A stretch of DNA of 64,000 nt, taken from Macrostomum lignano. Taxonomy: Eukaryota. Under the pieces are notes generated by a model. The model saw only the letters and a list, made by a program, of their open reading frames with translations, did no database searches and was not told the DNA's origin. This document shows, piece after piece, positions 57,306-64,000 of this stretch. The stretch spans positions 434,001-498,000 of the forward strand of contig NIVC01000001.1 of NCBI GenBank assembly GCA_002269645.1, in the 5' to 3' direction. Every line of letters begins with the position of its first letter. The stretch's first letter is position 1. The position numbers were made by a program, and so were the translations under genes.

Positions 57306-60300
57306 GTTTAATTACGCTGCGCTTACGAGTATTTGGTCTGACTGAGAATTCAAGTATAGTGTTTCGACTTTTCAGGGAGCTCTAAAAGGCAAGCTGTTAC
57401 ACTACATTTTAGTTGGGATTTGATTACGTGTATTATAGACTAGTTTAATTTTTTTTCAATTGCCTTTTTTTCCATAGACAAATAGCTAGATTAATTTTTC
57501 ACATGTGCATGCATATAAGCATAAGCTTAAAAAAATAACAAATCGAATCTCGCGGATCATAGATAAACCAACTACTACTCAAATAGCTAGTAGCTAGTCT
57601 ACTACTTGAGTAGTCTTTGAGATAGACCTAGAGATTACCTACAGAGTGAGGTGTCCTCAAACTTTATTGTATATGTAACTTTAATTAAGCTGTACATGTG
57701 CATCTATTTTTACATGTATAAACCGATTTTATGGCCAGAAAGAATTACATAAAAAACAGTTTCACGCGGTTTTTAGTAAAGATCGTCTAAATGTATTCAT
57801 TTACAGAAATCTTAGCCAGAAACTGAAAAACTTCGTGTAAAACTAGGTTAATTTTTTTGTGCGATAGGGATGATGCAGCTGTTGTATAATGAATAAGCCA
57901 GCCAGTCTGCAAGTTTGTAGGCGAAACTCTCAAGCTCTCAAACTCACCGCGCTCTCACTTATATATCATATATTGAATGCGATCGATAGCTAACAGATGT
58001 ACAACGAACGTACACACAACTAAGCACACGCATAGAGTAGCAACACAACAGCAGCATCCTGACTTTTCGAAATCCCATCTCAAAAAGGACATTCACATTA
58101 GCAAAAAGATGCGATTTTGCATCCGTGCCAGCTAGAAAAAAACCCAGGCTAGGTTTTTTATGCAATATGGATGCTATATAATATCCTGACTCATCCTGAA
58201 AGATCGCATCCTGAAATTGGACCTTGGATGCGATTTGCATCTTATTAGCGCCAGCGGAAAAACCTTATTAGCGCCAGCCTATGACCCTAAATCTAGAAAG
58301 AAAGAGCCCTTATCTTAGAAAGCTTAATTGATCCAACGAGCGTAAGAGCACTTTTGTGAATTTTTATGATAGACCACTATTATTAGTAGTACCACTTAAT
58401 AACGAAAAGTTTCTTTAAATCTGTTCTGATAACAGGCATTTTCTTTCTGCTGCGCGGCTTTTAGATGTTGGTTGTTGTATGTAATAACAAAACAACACAG
58501 AATAAGTTTAGTGATAAAGCACCTAATTTTTAAAGTAGTAAATTTCCTTATTAAAAGTACTAAACAGATAAAAACCGCTTTTAAAAAAGCAAACTGACCT
58601 AATCTAAACCGCTTTCATCGGAATAAATTAAAATCGAAATTCTGTCGCATTTAGTTCCACCATGTGAAAGTTATATTATTTTTCATTTTCTTTTTGCCAT
58701 CTAGCGTATAGCGTAGCGTGCTCATTAGTGCTTATCTAATTTCTTTTTGTCTTAATTGCCCATGATTTGATTTGCTCGGTCTGTAACTTCATTTTCAGTT
58801 TTCTTTGTGATTCTGTATCATTGTATAGGCCTAGGCCTAATACAGACTGGGCTGACTGACCTACTGAGACCAGCTAATTAATATTTAAAAACATAATAAT
58901 CGCAATGTGTTGCTATTTATGATAAAGATTTGGCACATAAACCCTTTTTGTATGACTAGAGATTAGTGGTGCTGGAACTCAATCTATGACAGTATAAGTC
59001 TATAAGACTATAGTATTGTTATATAGCATTAATAAACCAACTAACAGTCCTAACACTAAGATGAAGAATGTGTTTGTGAAAAATGAATGTGTTTAATTAA
59101 ATTAAACCTTTTAATTTATATATTTTATATAAAATTAAAACTGGCTCTGATTCCAAGCAATTACTATAGTTAGTAATAAAAAGCTTCTTTTGTTAATAAG
59201 CAGTTCATGAGTTCAAGACTATTTATTAGGCCTACTTTAATTTGATTGGATAGTTCATTTCATTATAAATGTCAAAGGGGTGTTGCTTCCCTCTTTAGCT
59301 ATTCCCCTAATGCTACCAAAGTTGTAACAGGCCTTTTAGCTCTCTCTAGAAATCTCAACTGTTGACACCAAAGTTGTCAAAGGGCTAATTCTTCTGTCTC
59401 TTCAAATGATTCCACAGCTGTCACTAAAATTGTCAAAGGGCTAAACTCCTGTTTTTATAAATGTTAGTAGCTGCCACCAGGATTATCCTATTAATAAATT
59501 ATGAGTTTATCAATCTTAGAATAATGAGGTGGGGCGGAGAAAGTTTTCTTGGAAATCGGTTGGTTTTTGAAATTTGCTGACACCAGTGAGGTGGGGCGGA
59601 TTCCATGTTTGAATTGCATTTGAGTTTAAGTTTGAGTTCGCACAAATAAAGCCGGAAATTGCGCAGACGAATTACAACGAATTATTTCCTTGTGTATTAG
59701 GCCCTACTCCGACTACCGGGTTCTCAAGTCCAGGGGGAGGGTAGTCGTAATCATAGTCAAGCGGTCATAAGCGGCACGGTCGTTTAGACTTTAGACTCAA
59801 TGGTCTAGACACTGTAAATCTGTTTCTGAGTTGTTGAGCTGATTACTATCAGTAAAGTAGTGCTGCCACCACCGTAATTGCGTATTATAGAACGTTAAGA
59901 TCTCAGAGCTCATTCGGAGATGAGATTAATTGGTTGTTTAATGCCCCACAGGCAAATGACTCAAGTTAAACTATTAAGGGCTTTGATTAACAAATGAACC
60001 ATTAGTAGGAATTATTATTATGTTTATTTATTTTAGCAGGCAGTGTTAACTGATTAAATTAGAATGTTATTTTAACAAAGATGATCGCAGCGGGTGCCAG
60101 GTGCCAATTAACTAACCCAAAACACAATCAAAGCGCTAAACTAAGTTAAACCAACAAGGGAGAAGGTACAAAAAACCAGGTAATAAAGGGACAGAAGAAC
60201 AAAACAAAAGAAGAAACAGAATAAAAGCTGGTGGCCCGAATTGGCCATATAAATAAAGGAATTGTTGTCCGGACAGGGATGGGGCAACAGATGGGGCGAC

Positions 60301-62019
60301 AAGGCAAGGGATGGGGCGACAAGGCAAGGGATGGGGCAAACAATGGGGCAACAGATGACACTGCAAAGAAAATGGGAAATAACAAAAAAATGACTTCGGC
60401 AAAAGATGGGGCAAAGGGCGGCGCAATGGGTGACAAAAAGGCGTCATAGAAATTTCATCATCTGACGAAATTATCTCGCTCGGAGTGGTAGCTCACCCTA
60501 CTACAATAATCCAAGAAACGTTTCTTAGAATTGATCTGAGTATATATCTTAGTATTTAGTCTGAGTATTTATTCTTAGAATACTATTAGCCCTTATAAGT
60601 ATTATTCCTCTGTTATTCTGGTAGCATTTATTCTGATTCCGGTAGCATTTACTGTACTTTTGGCCTGAGTGGTCTATTGGCTATACTGGTATATGTATTC
60701 CATGTACTTTGCAAGTCCTTGGGCATTACCAAGATCAGAGGGTCATAGCCTCTGGTTATGTATCGACTTCAGATCTACTTTGTATCCTCTTACTACTTCC
60801 ACTTCTTAGTAGTATATACTGTATATACTTTGGCCTACTTCACTCTTATGTCTGCAAATGAATAACTCGGAAAACGGCTCTTCTTATATTTATATTTATT
60901 TGGAACATTCCTTTCTCATATGCTCACTTCTTTCATAGGAACTGCACGAAGGCAAATTGCTTTCTCCTCGGCTCAGATCGTGTCTATTTAAACTAAATTG
61001 TTCAGTAGTTTTAAACAAAAAATTAATTCGCAAAAATATTTTGGTAAATACATACATTATAACAAATTGTTTGCTTAGTTTTGGCATGAGTTTAAAAGTA
61101 TTGAATTGTAGAAATATAGATTGCCCTGCACATGAATAAATAAATACAATTTAGTCAGTAATAGCATTTGATATAAAATGATATCCTACACTTTATATAG
61201 GCCATATAATATTATTACTATTGTAATATACTAGCCCTCATTATCACACCACCATACCATGTACTACCAAAAGCCGCATCAATGTGTGTCAACTTTTTTT
61301 CATAGGCCTACAAACAAAGTGCATGCTAGACCATTCCAGGATAAACAATATCTTCCAAAATGTAAATATTAAGTTTTAGTTAAGTATTCTATATAGCCTT
61401 TTATAATGTTCTATAAAATAATTTTTGCAGTAAAATAAAAAATGCTTGCAATATAAATTAAGACCCACAATAATTTTCCTATGTGCTTTTATAGAGTTTT
61501 TATTATCATGGCCCAAACTTGCTTTAAAATGGTTAAATTATAGAAGTTTTTTGTATACCTTTTGTTAGATATAGATAGATATTAAATTTTGAAATTAAAA
61601 GTGAGTATATATACATATATAGTATCTATGCAGTTGTATGTGCTTAACATTAAAAGTTAAGGAAAAAGTTAGGAAGGTCATTTTGACCACTTTTAACTCT
61701 CTAGCACAGTCAATTCAAATATTCAAAATATTTATGGCCAATACAAAAATTCTCTATACCCACCATTCTAGTCAGCTATGGGTTAAACTTGACCAGTAAT
61801 AGAAGTAAAATGAACAAACTTCACAAAGATGGTTTATATTTGTTTATTGGAATATGAAACCACAAATGAAATAAATATACTTGTAATTCATAAAGATGTT
61901 TTGGAGAGCATTTTGTAATTGCATTTCTAGCATATACATCAAAGTCAAAATAGTAACAAACTAGTATCCAAAAGCATTCAAAGCTTGCTAACACTTTAGA
62001 AGATGACAATGGTTCTTTT

Positions 62020-63000
62020 ATTATTATGCCATATGCCAAAGCAGTTCATAAGACACAAGGATGGGATACTAGGACACTGAAAGCAGATATATTGTCTTCT
62101 TTTGACAATGTTGGCACCAATGCCTTGGTTGATTTTGGCCAACAACCTGGCCTGACTTGCTTAGAATTAGAATGTGCCTGGCTATGATGGCTACCCAACT
62201 GACTCAAACCAAAATGCAACATCTGCTTTGCCCAGACTGTTCAATCAAATCCTTAATCACAACTTCTAGGAAGCTCTTTATTCCTGTCATATTCTAGTAA
62301 ATGATCTAAGCATTGCAAACCAGAAAAAGGATATGAAAACTGAGCTTCTGAAACCATTTTTCATTTTCCTATTTGGATGATTTAGCTGGAGTCCACTGTC
62401 CAGGCAATCTATGCTGCCCATAAAAGATGAATAGTTGGCAATGCAAACCAACCAGTCAAAAAGATGCTGAAACATGTCATCTATCAAGAACTTCTTGACA
62501 AAAAGATTTATTTTTATCAGAATATCAGTTTGATACAGTAGATTTCATAATTAATTGCAACCAGTTGTTCCCAGAAATTCAAGACATTGATCTGGTCATT
62601 CATCATCATGCTCTGTGTAATGACTTGAGGATGAAGTCTTGATTTGCTATGCACTGGGAATTGGCTCCCGAGTGGCAGACAGGAATAAGAGATGTAAACC
62701 AGGCAATATCGTCTAGCTTTGCCATATATTTGTGGGCTCCTGGGCCCCAACATAGCCAGGCACACTGTGGCACAATGCATGGAACACGTGTATGAATGGT
62801 GCACACATGGTGCAAACAAACATAATCAGTGGGAGCGGCAGACCATATGGCCAGGGCTGCGCCAGCCTAGGCCATCACACTCTGATAGAATGTTCTAGGC
62901 TTTTTACTGTTCCACAAGTTTATTATTTTTGTCTTCTTCCAAATTGGCCTCATCCTCAGAGTCCAAGTCAGTGCTGTTGTTGATTTCAGACTTGTCAGTT
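62020..63000 (-). pseudogene. Fossil piggyBac transposase
   Basis: IANYSSFMGSIDCLD (cf. DYN..MGGVD..D), EKWFQKLSFHILFLVCNA*IIY (cf. KWYKKLFFHLLD..NAYILY), and a frameshifted Cys-rich tail CQHCQK / KKTIY / CFQCPSIPSLCLMNCFGIWH; acidic stretch near 62950. Confidence 0.75.
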
Positions 63001-63388
63001 AGTGTCAGATTTAAGACTGAGTCTACACTTTGCTGTCAATAAAGCTTGCCTAGGTGGAGGTCTTCTCAAAGCCATGGATTTTGAAATGTTGTAGATTAAT
63101 ATAAAACACTTTTGTCTGTGACAGAAACTTCTAAACTTACAGATGACATAAACATACATGTTAAATATACAAAACCTTTAACTCTGTGGTCTTTCTGACT
63201 GGAATGGGGATGCCAGGTTTGAGCAGAAAGAAAGTGTCTATGGCCCAAATTCAACCTATCCAACTGAAACAGGGAGTGACAAATATCTTTACTATCTTGA
63301 AGAGGTAAAGAGTCATTGGAATAGGCAGAATTGCCTCAATACTACATTTTTTCATGTTCAATTTTGATCAATGAGTTTTTGAAAAATC

Positions 63389-63825
63389 GAGATACTAGAA
63401 CAACTAGATGGGCCACTCAGCACATTTGCGCTCAAGCTACTTTCAGTTCAGTAGTAAGTTAAACTGAAGCATTTTAATGTAGTCTTGATGAAAATGCTCA
63501 TTTATTGGCTTCTACCCCAAACTTAAACCCTCAAACTCCACACGGAACCTCTACCCCGCCCCGCCACCCAATTTTTATTACCTTCCTCAGCTGTTCCAGC
63601 CTAAATTTGCCATGTACGTTTCAGTGGCCAATGTACATTATGGCTGAACCAATTAGCAAGCTGTTTATGCCTGCAAGCTTGGGCTTCTAAACTTATCTAA
63701 GTCATTTAAGCTGCCTTTATTTTTATAAAATAGCTTATGTATTCTACTTTGCTACTGAACTGAAAGTAGAAAGCTGTTTTGCTAAGTATATGCCTGAGTG
63801 GCCCATCTAGTTATTCTAGTATCTG
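63389..63825. mobile_element. hAT-type MITE with long TIRs (CAGATACTAGAATAACTAGATGGGCCACTCAG)
   Basis: Inverted arms at 63389-63420 and 63794-63825; 7/8-matching TSD (G/A)AAAAATC; second copy at 23900. Confidence 0.8.
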
Positions 63826-64000
63826 AAAAAATCCCAGAATACTGGTCTCCAAATACCAATGTTTCTAATTTTGGAATTGCAGGCAAAACTGCAATCCCAG
63901 TATTTTGTTCCATAATTGCAGGATTCACTACTACTCTTGTTAACAAAACTAGACTGAGTAGTCAGTTTTGAGTTCTGCTTTGAATCTAGGCTTGCTTGCT

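Noticed and set aside
57959-58240. 93-aa ORF with a faint Tc1-like D-x-x-x-H pattern
   Set aside because: No other transposase motifs, TIRs or splice support; likely chance.
60136-60449. Hydrophobic or Gly-rich short ORFs
   Set aside because: They arise from a short degenerate GGGGCGACAAGGCAAGGGAT repeat and an A-rich tract; no coding evidence.

Overview
This is eukaryotic (animal) genomic DNA, not prokaryotic: GC-rich exons with poly-Q/poly-A tracts, GT-AG introns, AT-rich intergenic DNA and many intronic minisatellites. The style suggests a free-living flatworm such as Macrostomum (inference only). Exon models were built by hand with splice phases checked. Genes in order: NAGLU (minus, runs off the left edge), a GT32/DXD glycosyltransferase (plus, head-to-head with NAGLU), an ataxin-7/SCA7-domain gene (minus), hunchback with 8 zinc fingers (plus), a RING-coiled-coil gene (minus), an R7-family RGS gene (DEP-DHEX-GGL-RGS, minus), LRRC71 (plus, about 14 exons) and an unassigned Gln-rich gene (minus). 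Mobile DNA includes two tRNA-derived SINE families, several hAT-type MITEs with 8-bp TSDs, a 5'-truncated RTE LINE and a fossil piggyBac; there are about 20 tandem arrays. The best lead is the RGS tail, which carries eight VTPWE motifs resembling the VCPWE/ICPWE G-alpha-binding motif of PDE6-gamma, RGS9-2 and GPR158/179. Other leads are a minisatellite apparently born from a SINE head, a TIR element family carrying an evolving minisatellite, a 366-bp direct repeat around a 1.1-kb insert, and a 29-bp perfect hairpin inserted in the LINE. No CRISPR array or credible tRNA/rRNA gene was found.
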